From assembly GCF_964204645.1 (NCBI RefSeq), contig NC_134025.1:27198299-27262298 (forward strand): a stretch of 64,000 nt of DNA, read 5' to 3'. Position numbers and translations under genes: made by a program. How positions within the stretch are numbered: the first letter of the stretch is position 1; the number at the start of each line of letters is the position of its first letter. The notes below the pieces were generated by a model that had not been told where the DNA came from, made no database searches, and saw only the letters and a list, made by a program, of their open reading frames with translations. This DNA is from Tubulanus polymorphus (taxonomy: Eukaryota > Animalia > Nemertea). Below are positions 38,151 to 50,731 of this stretch, piece by piece.

Positions 38151-41100
38151 ACCTTTTCAATTTAAAAGCGGTAAATCGATTGTAGATTTACTGAATGAAG
38201 TGGTGAAATCCTGTAGAGTACATCTCTCGGTCCTACCGTTCATTCATAGAAGCCGCACACTTCATTTTACACAAAAAAAACTACACGGTCATTTTGCTCC
38301 GCGCGTATTTTGTTGTTACTCTTTTTTCATTCGACAACAACAGACTGGACAACAATAGTAATAGCATTCTGTACACGCGGTCACTACTGTAACAGCGTTT
38401 ATTGGTGAGGTGTGGCCGCTGCACAATCATCGCGAAATAAAACTGTCCACCGTCTTTTATACAGCCACAATGGCTCCATCATTCATTGTCGATATGGCAC
38501 TTGCAGAAAGGCAAGCGTATGCCCGTCTTGAGTCAGAAAAAAAGCTTCTCTTTCGAAGGTCATCGGTTATTGTTCTGTCAAAGAATAGGTTGGGAAGCAT
38601 TATTAAATGAAGCTGATGAGTGCATTGTCGAAAAAAGCTGAAGCCCCTGAAGTAATGTCCAGTAGGAGATTGTCTTATCTCATTTTACTGATTCGGAAAT
38701 AGATTTTTAAAGAATTTTGGCAGACATCTGAATAAACACTCAAAGGCTCCATAGATGTCATGTATCTAGAGCTTTAGTTTATAAACAAACTTTAAGTGGC
38801 CCAGTTGTCACAAGAAGATGTTCAGATAAAAACAACTTATAGATATTTAGCTTCGGGTTGACACAATTGAATTGTGTGTATTTAACAAAACTTGTCAGGA
38901 GATATCTGACAGATTATGTTTTAGCCGTGACAAGCTTTCAAATATTTAAACTGGTTGACGGCGATTAAATAGTGAGCAACGTTTTGGGCGGGGGATATCG
39001 CCGACCGATCTGAAAAGATCAGTTTTATCACGCGAGCGCAAACCTGTCATTCTAGAAATGAGTGCGTTCAGACATTATTGTCTGCGGTACATATTTATCA
39101 ATGGGGAAAAAACTGAACAATGCCTCCGCGGGATGAAAACAGGCTTATTTACGAAGAAGACTTTCCGAAAATATGAAAAAACATCGCGCAGATCGACGTC
39201 CAAAACGGCAATGAGAATTGGGAATTTCGGCGTCGCAGGTGCGCGGAGAGAAAACCATTGAAAATGCTCGTAAGAATAAAAACAATACAGTAATTATGAA
39301 TAAGTAAATAGGTATTGATGAATCCATACATCGTAGACTAATCCATCTATTTGAATGTTATATCACGGAGACACATTTCCACATTCCGCGTTATATAGTT
39401 CATGAATAAATGAAGAAACAGCCGACTGTCGTCATTATCATCTCTCATATTTCATTAACTATGCCGTAATTTGCCAATCAATTTGTTATTTTGTTCCCAG
39501 AAGAAAACAGCGTATTTGTTCTCTAGGCAATAATGGGTCCATAGCCCTATATCGCTACAATGACGATGTCAGTCAAGTTGTAGTTCATAGAGTACAATCT
39601 CGCACTCAACCCTCTCAGAGTCCGTTCATTTAGTCCCAGATTCTGCTATAGGAGTTTGCAATGACAATAGACTAGACTAGTGTAGAGTTTAGGATTAATG
39701 ATCATTAAAGTTGATGCTATATTTAAACATAAGACGCAGCCATTCACAATTCAATCTTAATTCTGAGTTGAACGACATATCCGCAATAATTCATACAAGA
39801 ATATTCCAGGTGTTTTAGTTAGTTATGACTGTCGATGGTATAACTTGATTAGCCGTTTCACCTGAGGTGATCCAATTGAAACAACGGTAAGATGAAAGTC
39901 TCATCTATCGACGACGAGTCGCGTGACTCGATTTCATTCGGTTTCATAATTCAATCAACTTTCATTAGTATATAATATTTCGAGCTGAACAACGTTTGAT
40001 TCGTCGCGTTATAGCTAATAAATGGTGGAATACCTCGGATTCAAAGGTTTTTCTAACCCTCGGTTAAACAGCGACGATGACTGAACGAAACGCATTCGGA
40101 TTATTGATCGTTGAGCGATGATAAAAGAGATGGATTTACGAAACATATTGAAATGACTTGTTTCGAAGCCTCTCGTCGGTCGATCTGTATTGTTTCAGTC
40201 TAACTACTCGTATCGTTATTTCAAAAGTCTGAGTCATCATTTTGTCCAATCGGGCGTGAAAATGTTTTTTCCACTTGATTTTCATGTAATGGAAATAAGG
40301 AGAAAAACGTGTGTCGTTTCGCTTTCTAGTGAAGTTTTGTATGAAGCAGGTGACGGCTACGTAGTCGACCTCGTCTACCTGCATTCGATATCTCGTTCGA
40401 CGGAATGGTTTCGTATGAAGTATCCGCACGAATGATGGTAGTTCGCTTGTGTCAATCTCGTGGCATCAAAATGATCCGATTCTTCTGGTAGTTCGGTCAT
40501 GCTTTGCCGTAGGTGGTCACTAAGTTGTTTACACTTCGATGGCGTCTGCCGATTCAGTGCTCAGTTAGTCGCCCATATGTCCATATAATTCATGCAGCTA
40601 CATCGCCTTCCAGTCGAAAGATTAAATAAATCGACCATCTCGCGATGCCTTGTGCCCTCGGACCAGGATGCCTATAACATTGTCCTATATGGTTCAATCT
40701 GGTCGCGGACTCCTCGTTGTTTTATGTGAACTCGCGAGACCCCCATCGTGACAATCGTATAAGTTTTCTCGCTTGTTTTCGTAGAAATAAATCTGTGGTT
40801 TTGTGAGATATATCACACCGGGAATAGTATTATACAATCTCGATGGGGTTTAGTTTTTCGTATTGATAGCACTTTCACCTCGCCGCGGGCGTCCGACGCC
40901 GATTCCTCGTACAATTCTCACATTTTCCGTACATATTTATCGATTTATGGAAAATGTGTATTAGATAAAAAATATAATTCCAAAACGAGAACAAAAGTGA
41001 TTTATCATCTGTTTATCACGAATATGATATTCAGCGGCTACAAACTATTACGAGACTTATTTCGCTATTTGTTTTACTGATTTCGGCGTATTCGAGTGTA

Positions 41101-44005
41101 TAAGCCTTTTTGGTAACATTTTTGTCATCTCGGCTAAGTGAAAATTGTCGTATTCTGTCTAGGCCATTAGAGATTTTAGCTCGGGAGAACTTGCGTCATT
41201 GCCAAAAGGGTAAACATAACAGGCTGCAAGAGAGGTACTTGTTCAGATTAAGTCCAGTGATGTCAGATTCTTCATTATTCTTCTTTTAAAGAGTATTACC
41301 CCCAAAGGCAGAGAATTTCATCCATTGTGTTCCGCCTTTCACTACTTTAATCCCCTATAATGCTCTACCCGGAGGCTTTTCTCTGCCTTTACTCCATCAC
41401 AAACAAAGTTCCTGATATTTTTCCAACCCATGTCCAGCTTTTCAGATCCGTGTTTTCTTAAAATTCACCGATTTGCCTATTTGTAAAGAGATTCCTTGTT
41501 ATTTTAATCGCAAAATATTCATTCAAAATTTAGCCCACAGGAAAACGATTGTATCCTCTTAAGAAATGTATTGGCTTTTTGTTCTGTTGTATATTTTTAA
41601 TGCCACTTTCTAGATATACTACACTTCCACTTGAGCACACTCAGAAATATGAAAATCTCCACATGAATAAAGCTTTGAATTTCTGGTATCCCTTCATGAA
41701 ATACATGGGTTTTAATAGATATTTCTATAGGGGACACGATGTCAGGTTTTCGAATATAAAAATTCCTTTTATTTCCGATTTTATCGATTGAATGGTTGTG
41801 TGTTGAACCAGGCTAGATCGACGCGGGTTTTCGAAGTTTTCATATCGCGTGTAATTTCCAGCCACCAACGTTTCATATTTCGTGATATCATCAGATGTCG
41901 TAACATCTGTGTTATATGCGTTCATTGTTCCTGCGTGGTACACGTGTCTGGACGAATAACTGAAATACTATAGTAAAAATACCACCGAGCCTCTTACTTA
42001 TATCAAAACACTTGTATAACGTGCAGAGTATTGAATGAAATATCATAATGACTGGATTAAACAATATGATATACAACTTGTGCCTTACAGCTGTAGCCAG
42101 CGTTTTGTTGTAGATGACTCTCGAAGTTTCTGCAAGTTGTTTTTCCGTTGTTTGTAGCTTGTACTTCACGTAAAACATCATATTTGTCTCTCGGGTTTTT
42201 TTTTTTATTCGTTCAACGCAGATGTGATTACTGTATAAGGAGGTTATATGTAAAACTTGTGATATTCAGAAAAAGAAACTGTCACATCGATACGTTGGCT
42301 TAAACATATCCAAAAAAAGGAAAGAGTTTGAATTTGATCTGATTTATTGATCGGAATGATGTATTTTAGTTCAACATTTTATAGCCAGGTGTCAGTATCA
42401 TCTAGCAGTTGCAGCATCCCGCGTTAATGACGCGCTGACTGCTAATGGAAGCGTCGATAATTCAATGTCATAGAAGGTTGAAAATTCAGCTTATGATATA
42501 ATATATCATTAGAAATATCCCTTCTGGCGTTTAAGTCGTAATGAAAATCTTCCGCCTAAGAACTTTTAAAAAAGGAAATGAAAATTTGTCGATAATTAGG
42601 AATTGTTTCATCGTTGTGCCGGAATTTATTCAACTGGAAGAAAAGCATTTATTTTATTTTACAGCATTTTCCGGTAGCTCTCTCTAACAACGGTGACTAA
42701 CATCGTCGTCGTGAAATTGTTTCACATTTGTTTTATTGCCGATTGAAACTAGTGTCGTTTGGTGTATGTCGTTCCATGCGGACGGCCATTAATTCCGTTT
42801 GATCCGCGTGTATCTCCGTAATTTATCTGCGTCGGACACTTTTCAACAATGCTCGCTGCGTAATTCTGCGGTAATTCTACTGAACAGACAACGAACATAC
42901 ATCACTATTCTCTACGGCGTCGCAATCTTTTGATGTTCCCTCCATCGATTTGGAAATGAATTATAGTTTCAGATGCGATGATGTCACCTTTTTATCCAGG
43001 GCTGGTATGCTTACAATGACAGAGATATTAAAATACCCTGTATCAAAGTAAGCTAATATTGTGGTTAAGAACATTTAGTATAAGGAGACTTCTTGTTTTT
43101 CAAATTTAATACAATAGCCATGTCATTGAGACCTATTTGTTAAAATGATATTTTGGAAGAATCTTTTTTAAGAAATGATTAAATGAAAGCTTTTCATTGC
43201 ATTCATTGGCAATTCATGTTTAAAACTTTTGAATTTTTCAGTTTTGGAGAAAATCTTATTCAATCAACGAAAATTTGTTATTCAAATCAAAATCAAGAAT
43301 CCAAAAAAGCAATGGCTTCTTAACAAAACCAACAATACTGCATATTGTGAAAAAAAAAATATCGCGGTATTTGTAATTGGAGACGAGAGCGTATTATTTT
43401 AGATCCATTAGGACATTCGAATTGTATGGCTTGAGAAACTTGAATTACAATGATTCATGGGATTTTATTGATTGGATACATTTGATGAAAAGAAGATCTC
43501 TCGAATATGGAAAGTTTCTGATTTCTTTTTGCAGCCGATAGTAAATCATTGTCGTTTCAATTGGATGTAAAGTTTATGACAAAAACAAACGCGTGGGAAT
43601 CTTGTTTCTGGAGTGGATTTATAATCCGTGTATAAAGGATTTATTGAGATGATAAACAGATTTGTGGTATTTGATCAGTATCGAATCTTCCACGTGATGA
43701 GCAGTTTGAATTTGCCTCTTCTGCAACTTTGAGTCATATGGTCGACTGTTGGAACGTGCTGCCATCTACGAATAAGTTGTTGAACTAGTGCATTGATTTT
43801 TACTCGCATCCCTGCTATTCATATACAGTAACCTCACCATTGTTCCTCACATCCACTGTCTATCTGATTTTACCTGAACAGTTTCTATTATATTTTAGAA
43901 TATCAGTCAGTGCGAACGGTTGATCTGAATTTTGAAATTGAGTGATTCAGTTAGTAACAAAAGGACTCGATTGATCAAATATTACCGGGATAAGGTTTGC
44001 TTTGA

Positions 44006-44139
44006 CAGGGTAGTCGGTGACCTGGAAAATCTGGAAAAACTCAGAAAAGCTAGGAACAAATCAGGGAAAACTCATGGAATTTGACAGATTTTGGAAAGGA
44101 CCTGGAAAATATAAGGAATGGGGGAAAGTGGCCATCCTG
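44006..44139. mobile_element. Non-autonomous DNA transposon (MITE) with CAGG...CCTG ends and a 5-bp target site duplication, hAT-like
   Basis: Ends are CAGGGTAGTC and GGCCATCCTG. TTTGA is directly repeated on both flanks (44001-44005 and 44140-44144). The interior is made of CCTGGAAAA and TCAGGGAAA subrepeats. Confidence 0.75.
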
Positions 44140-44227
44140 TTTGAATCATGTTTATAGAAGTTTCTCATCTTCTGGTTCTAGCTCATAGGTTTTTTTAATA
44201 AACTACAGCGCCGATCGTGAGGGTGCG

Positions 44228-44249
44228 GTCGCTAGGCAACGGGTAAACA
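44228..44249 (+). promoter_or_regulatory. RFX X-box with adjacent Forkhead site
   Basis: GTCGCTAGGCAAC (44228-44240) is followed 2 nt later by GTAAACA (44243-44249). Motif match only. Confidence 0.45.
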
Positions 44250-45336
44250 GTTAATTCAGGACAGCGAACAAAAACAATATCGTGCTGATTAGCTTCATTC
44301 TATCACTGATCAAAGATTTAATTTCTTATGAAAAGAAAGAGTGAGAAATGATGTCGATAAATTTCTGTGCACGCAGATTACGGTGGAAAATCGCGCCTTC
44401 AGGAATGTAATAATCTTCGAGATGTTGAAAGATGCCGTTAAAAGAGAAAAAAAAACAACATCAGTCAGTTCAGAATAAGCTTTCATAAAGCGAGTAAAAG
44501 TTTCACTTGATGTTTTGATGAGTTTGAATTTGCTGTACATACCGCGATAACTACAGAAATTGTCTGCCATTTCACGCAAGCTGTAAAGACGTTCCGGGTT
44601 TTTCGATTACGCGATAGTTATCTCTGAAGTTGACGATGACTTTTGAAAGAGGCAAATGTGAAAATAAAGACATAGTTTCGACGCGTAGATGTCTTAGTTA
44701 TCAGTAAAGTTTACGAAGCATGTTTCGTTATTTCATTGACGACACGTCTATCGACGTTTCGCTCATTGAAATTCATGAAATGAAAATCCTACCAATTTGA
44801 ATTGAATTTCGCCGATTTGATTAAATTTAATCGTATAGCGAATTCGCTGCCGTATTTGCGAGGGGTATCTTAACGCGGTCATAAGTCGAAATATTCTAAC
44901 CGGTTCCGTGACCTGGCATCGGCGCCGCGTATGGCTGTAACTCGATTATGACAGGATGACTAAATACTTAAAATTCTAAATGCGACGCTGTTGCAGAATT
45001 CGAGATGTAGATTATTCTCCTTGAGCCGCATGTTTGAATGTTTGATTGGCTATAATGAAATTAGACTGTTGCATAGGTGAGGAATGCGACTAATGACGAG
45101 GGTTGTTTGATGTTGCCCCTCACTGCCTCCTATACCCCACTGCTGGGAGATGAGAATCATGCAAGTCATGTCATGGTTTACTTTGAAGTCTAAGATTTTA
45201 AAGTGATCGATTTGAATATATCTAAATAACATGAAGAAGGTGATGCGTTAACGGTATTTTGAATTACCGCGGTGAATTTACTGGGAAATTTTCATGAATT
45301 TTTAGCTAATGAAACGTTGTTTGTCGTATATTTCAG

Positions 45337-45572
45337 GAATCGCCGGATCTCGCCGCTCAGATCGCCGATAAACTCGTTATACCGGAGAATTTTCGTAAGT
45401 CTATGAACAATGACCGCTGTGATGTATGCGATACAACAGTAACCCAGCTAAAACAGGAAGCAGTCGCGATGGTGCAGTCTTTAGAACGCGCGCAGGGAGA
45501 TTCTTCCACTACGACTAATATCCCTGCCCTTGTTGGCTCGCGTAACCTGCCCAAATCTACAGCCCCCCACCG
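45337..45572 (+). CDS. KIF26: Internal coding exon of a kinesin-like protein KIF26 (kinesin-11 family), N-terminal CxxC region
   Basis: Acceptor ...gtatatttcag| with a branch-like GCTAAT at 45305; donor CG|gtaagt. The 236 nt (phase 0 to phase 2) translate to ESPDLAAQIADKLVIPENFRKSMNNDRCDVCDTTVTQLKQEAVAMVQSLERAQGDSSTTTNIPALVGSRNLPKSTAPH(R). This aligns with vertebrate KIF26B as I recall it: [53 protein letters not shown]...NIPTLVGSR. This reading frame is not in the supplied ORF track. Confidence 0.92.
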
Positions 45573-45613
45573 GTAAGTTCTATACATTGCGCTCTTTTAT
45601 ATCATTGTTACAC

Positions 45614-45677
45614 TGCTTCCTACGTACCTGGGTAATGATGGTGCTTCCTACAGGTACCCCGGTAATGATGATGCTTG
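45614..45677. repeat. Tandem duplication of about 28-30 bp just inside the intron
   Basis: TGCTTCCTACGTACCTGGGTAATGATGG is followed by TGCTTCCTACAGGTACCCCGGTAATGATGATGCTT. Confidence 0.75.
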
Positions 45678-48600
45678 CGGAGGTTTTCTTATCGACGATT
45701 TCAGGAATGGTTTTCGTTCCTGAATCAATTCGATATGAACTGAATCGATGAAAGATCTAAATCAATTTAAATTTAAAAGTTTTTGAAACTTTTCCGAGAA
45801 AGTGCTTACTATGATTTAGATCGACGCGAACCTTTGACCTGTTCACTTTTCTCTGCCTTGTTTCTCCTGGTGATGAAACCAGAATGGAAGATAATAATTC
45901 ATGATTGTGACGGTCTTTTACCTAAATGCACTCATTCTGCTATCATTAATGATTCAATTCAATGGTTCATTAATGTTAAAATGCTTCTGGCTTCTGGGTC
46001 CTCCTTACTCTATACAAGTCTAAGAGAGCTGTTGACAAAGTTGATCACCTGAAGGTACAAATAAACAAATGACAGTATATTTCATTTCCATACTTCAATT
46101 AGATTTCATACTTCAGTGACTGGTAATGTTTTAGCTTCTAGCGCTAAGTGTTCATTGTTTTCTCGGAGGCAGAAAACGAACTCAAAATCCGAAGTTTATA
46201 TTACATTACTGCGTAGATATAGATACATGAATCATTATTGACAACGGAATAAGTTAGCCGGAGGGCTGTTAGAGAGGGAGGCATTAGTGATATATGTATA
46301 TAAAACGTGAAAATAACTTATTGATATAAAACGCAGTGTTACGCAGACGGACGCGTGTGTGCATCTCTGTGTGCATGTGTCTGTTACGTGTGTCCCAAAT
46401 CACAGCTGACAATTCAATGAATCGCAGTTTTTCGATTGCTGCGTCATTTTGATTATCGAAATTCGTGAAGTTGAGAATAGTCTTTCGACTGACGGATTTA
46501 CGCAGCGAATCATCCAGACAATTTCAACTGAGACCCGGTGTGAACTACATCAAGAATTCAGTGCAACTTGTCAACTTCATAGTTTCAAACTTTCTACTAT
46601 CGTGCATTCATTAACATTATATACTTAGTCAGCTGTGTGCTATACACTCATTTAAAAAGTCTCATCGCAAATCACATGGATTATTCAACTTTTTTTTCAA
46701 GACAGGTGAGATAGACTTATTGTCAATTTTTGTTTCTTGGTATCTTTTTAATATATGTTAATAATCTTCAGATTCTTGAAATTCTGATATTTAACATTTT
46801 CCGATTGGTCAACACTTCTAGTCTTGAGAACTGTTTCTGAACAAGATGTGATAGTAAGATTATCAGGGGTCAATGGTATCATGCATTCGAAGTCAACTTT
46901 TCACATTCTTGAAAATTCTGAAATTGATTATATCGATCACTACTAAAGTCTAGAGATATTCCTTTCATAGACTGCTCAAATTGCATAGTATTGTCGGCGT
47001 CGGTGCACGGTGAAAATGTAGAAATGTAATATACCTGGGTGGTTCTCGGTTGAAGTAAAATGTAGCGTAAAAATGTCGGATTGATTTCTGTCTATGAGAG
47101 TAAGGTCTGTAACATCACCGGCTCATCGATTATACATGCTACGTCAACTCAAGTCGATGCTAGGTTAATTTACGTTGCTTTGATCTTTTCTATTTTTGTG
47201 TTTCAAGAAATGAGTAGCCAATACTCGGATGCCTCTGAAATATGTTTTTTATGTAACAGATAGGAAAACGCTAAAAATGCCAGTTTCAATTTTCTCGCTT
47301 AACCACTTCTGGTCATAATCATGATTCAGATGAATTTTGAGTATTTAATGGGTGGAACGGAATTCACTTGCCTCCTAATTTCTTTCATGTCTAGATATGA
47401 CTAGCTGCGAGCCACCTTCCTTCAGGTATGGGAGAAAAAAAAATTTTGTTAGAACAATGCCATTGATAAATAAACCTACACAGCTATTTAATGAATACAC
47501 TTTTCTGAAACAAAGGTCGTTACGTGATTCATGTTCTTTTATTTTATCGATGTCATCATCTTAACAAAAGACATCAATAGAGTCACGTATTGATTTCAAG
47601 CTTTGCCCTTTGATCAAACTGAAGCAGCCTATTATGATGTTCTCTTTTCCTGCACAAAAAATCTGAACAAAATATTTCCCATTACCGCCAGGTTTCGTTA
47701 ACCACCGCAACTGCTTTTGAAAATATCAGAGTTTCTGTTCGTGAAACGATATTTCAATTTCACATTGGAATTTATTCTAGGTGTCGTTGTCGTTGTTGCG
47801 CTAGAGTTAAGGATACCGTATAAAAATAGCTGTTCAGTTCGCTGTTCTTGGTCTGACTGCCCGAGAGTTAATTGACTTTAGAGGACGAATCTTTTGTTTC
47901 ATTATTTACTCTTGCCTGTCCAGACTGCATGTCCAATTCAGCTGACTCAATTTCCTGTTGTAACCTGGCGTTTCCGCTGAGATGTCTCCATGGTTTTGAT
48001 TGTGGTACTGAAGGAACACTGAGATCGTTCCATCGTTCAACAGGTGCTTTTACCAGTTAAATGCAGCATCTCTGTAATTTCATGCTTCAATATGTTCCAT
48101 CTTCAGTCGCCCTAAGTGATAAAAAGAACATTCTTTTGTAGTTTCGATCATTTTTTTGCGGGGACATTATTTTCTAAATTTAGCCACACGGATAATGGGT
48201 ATAGCTAACTCTTTCTAGCAAGAAATAGAAAAGGTAAACGCTGCCATTGTTAACGAAGAAGCTCCAATGAGAGAGACAATCCAGTCATTGAGCCGATCAT
48301 AGTCTTGACTTTTCCGTGACCTTGGTTGCTGCACGAAATAATGGACGAATGATGATGAAAAATCGTCACGTCTGTCGAAGGGTTAAACATAGATTTATGC
48401 AAAGACTGACCATGAACTATATGTATACATATATGTATATATGATAGATATTGATAAAACATATGATAGGTAATTCTTCAGTGTTCTGTAAGAGGCTTAT
48501 TACTGAATAGTAGCACCCTGCGTTAGACTAATACCGGCATCATTTAATTAACGACTCGGGTTCTCCTTTCCTTTGTATCGTTATTATCTGATCAATACGT

Positions 48601-48858
48601 TCTGATTATCCGCCGAACCTATGCAACTCATGCGAGACAAAAAAAAAACCGTCGAATCGATCGATCGATTGATGAATTCTTTGTTTTTTGTTTTTTTTTA
48701 GTTATAGATACCTGATTCTTTACGAATACACTGTCATTATTGTTACACAAATAAAGTTTAAAGATTTCAGCTCTGATTTCAAACACAGTTATAAAGTATC
48801 AGTTTTTCAGTATAGAAATATTTAACTCAAAATGATGAATGTCTTCTATTCTTTAAAA

Positions 48859-48941
48859 CCCTTTGAGTGCTGACTAATTATTACCCTGAGTGCTGACTAA
48901 TTAATACCCTGAGCGCTGACTAATTAATGCCCTGAGTGCTG
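48859..48941. repeat. 23-bp minisatellite, about 3.5 copies
   Basis: Unit TGAGTGCTGACTAATTAATACCC starts at 48864, 48887, 48910 and 48933 (last copy partial). Confidence 0.92.
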
Positions 48942-49414
48942 GAGATTATTAAAAAATTTTCGAAAAAATTCAACCTGATAACAGGCATATTGCTATAGTG
49001 CGTCTAACTGAGGCGTAGTACATTGTTAGTTACTAATATTAAACTGTTTGACAGGTGCTGCCATCTTTCATTAGAGATAAAAACTAATTTCATCAATACA
49101 CCGCAGTGCAGTGTGAAAATCCAACACGGATTTATACACCGCACTGAAAGGGTTGAATTCATGATACATAAAGCCTACTGTAGCCCGTGGAAAAAGTTTA
49201 GAAAACTTTTTTCTATCAATACGCGTATCAAAGATTATCACGTTGTGGATTTCACCGATATGGAACGTATTATCATCGATCAATCTGTAAAACATTTTGT
49301 TCGCATTTCTCACCGGAGGAAGAATAATTGATCGAAAATTCATGCCCGTTAATCTACGGCGGTAAGATCAAAGAACTGAATACAGAGTCCCTTAATGAGC
49401 CGTATCTATAATTA

Positions 49415-49420
<6 letters not shown>

Positions 49421-49500
<80 letters not shown>
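49421..49500. repeat. (AT)40 microsatellite
   Basis: Perfect 80-bp AT dinucleotide run. Confidence 0.98.
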
Positions 49501-49504
<4 letters not shown>

Positions 49505-49795
49505 CGAGGTATCTTTGAATATCCCTTGTGTCACGATTGCACGGATGGAAAGAAGATCAGTTCAGTTTTCTTTATATACATCTATCTGAAGAATATATTT
49601 CGTCTCGAGTTTCTGTCTGGTATTTTCTGCTAAATTAATTCATTGATTTGTTTTCTTCCAAGACGAAATTCCGAGAATACGTATACGTACGACTGTCTCG
49701 AATATAAGTTTCTTGTAAGTTTGTCTCTAAGTTCATGCTATCGCGTTGTAATATCAGTTAAGAGATTCCCGCCTTGTCGTTGTACTTGATCCGTA

Positions 49796-50073
49796 GTCGT
49801 GTTCACACTGTCAGTAGTTCGTTCGTTCTAATTTGGGCCGTACCTGAAATGGACCAATTTAGAACTGACCAGACCGACGCTGTACGTTGATGTATTAGTT
49901 TTGAATCACATGTTTATGACTGCTCCAGCTTGACGCAAGTTTCTATTCACACACATAGAGAAATGGTCTGTTATAAAATTCAGAACGCATTTGTCTTTTT
50001 GGTCAAAATGGTTCCAGACTTTTCGCTAGTGCGGATGCTTTAGAATGTTCTAGATAATGTAGTGCGAACGAAC
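49796..50073. mobile_element. Degenerate MITE, possibly the same family as 12398-12724
   Basis: Inverted ends GTTCACACT (49801) and AGTGCGAAC (50061) match at 8 of 9 positions. Interior has GAACTGACCAGACC and GCTAGTGCG. Confidence 0.35.
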
Positions 50074-50450
50074 GGGCGGCTTGTGGAAATTGAACATTAA
50101 TGACGCAATAATGAGTATAGAAGTTGTCAACTAGGTCCGCTACAGACTGCTATTAGATACGAGATTGTGTCGTATAATTTGATTGGTCATTATTTATGGC
50201 TGTAGATTGAGATGTTCGGCCACGATAGCGGCTGAAAGATTAATTGTTAAATGATCGGTCTCATCCCGACAGGGTGAGTAAATTACATCGTACTCTTCAC
50301 GAACTACTGATTAACTATGATGAAGTTATCAACTGCACACCCCTTGCAGTCATTATTATTATTTGCCATCTTTTTTAAACTTGTTCAACAGGTTGCATCT
50401 TTAAGATGATAATGTGGCATCTAAAGTTCATAAATAAGCATGTACAGACT

Positions 50451-50731
50451 CGGGGGCGGATCCAGGCTGGAAGAAAGGGGGTTCACCTCATATGAAAAGG
50501 ACACTTTTTAGTTGTGGCCGTTATCCGAGCGAGCGCTGCAGGCATAAAGTGCTTGCAGGCGGTCTTGGTGCCCTCCCCCAGAAAAATTTTGAAAATTGGG
50601 TATAAATTTAGTGCATATTACATGTAGATCAAGATCAGTAAAGGAGATAAGAACCCTGTATGAAGTGGATTTTCAAAAGGGCAATTGGTAAGCAAGGGGG
50701 GTTCGAACTCAGTAAAATCCAGTGAATCCAG
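50451..50731. mobile_element. hAT-type MITE remnant with a CAGGGGCGGATCCAG-like end
   Basis: Left end CGGGGGCGGATCCAGG...AAAGGGGG, internal GCCCTCCCCCAGAAAAATTTTGAAAA, and a degenerate right part GGGGGGTTCGAA...GAATCC. This layout is typical of a widespread MITE class (from memory, not searched). Confidence 0.55.

Larger units (their letters stand above)
1..45336 (+). other. Large non-coding region, probably a very long 5' intron or regulatory domain of KIF26
   Basis: The 45337 exon starts at a splice acceptor, so it needs an upstream exon. I found no exon matching the preceding KIF26 motif (CxxC...LKRQA) and no other recognisable protein in these 45 kb. Confidence 0.55.

Noticed and set aside
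45357-45587. 76-aa minus-strand ORF
   Set aside because: Antisense shadow of the real + strand KIF26 exon.
48341-48413. C/D-box snoRNA-like layout (ATGG..ATGATGA...CTGA.CCAT)
   Set aside because: Terminal stem is only 4 bp with an atypical spacer, no clear C'/D' boxes, and no rRNA complement that I recognise. A snoscan or Infernal search would settle it.
38100-48941. Short repeat arrays as CRISPR
   Set aside because: Head-to-tail tandem repeats with no unique spacers, no cas genes, and a eukaryotic context.
43756-49070. CTCF-like GTGCTGCCATCT at about 43756 and 49055
   Set aside because: Only half of the CTCF consensus matches.
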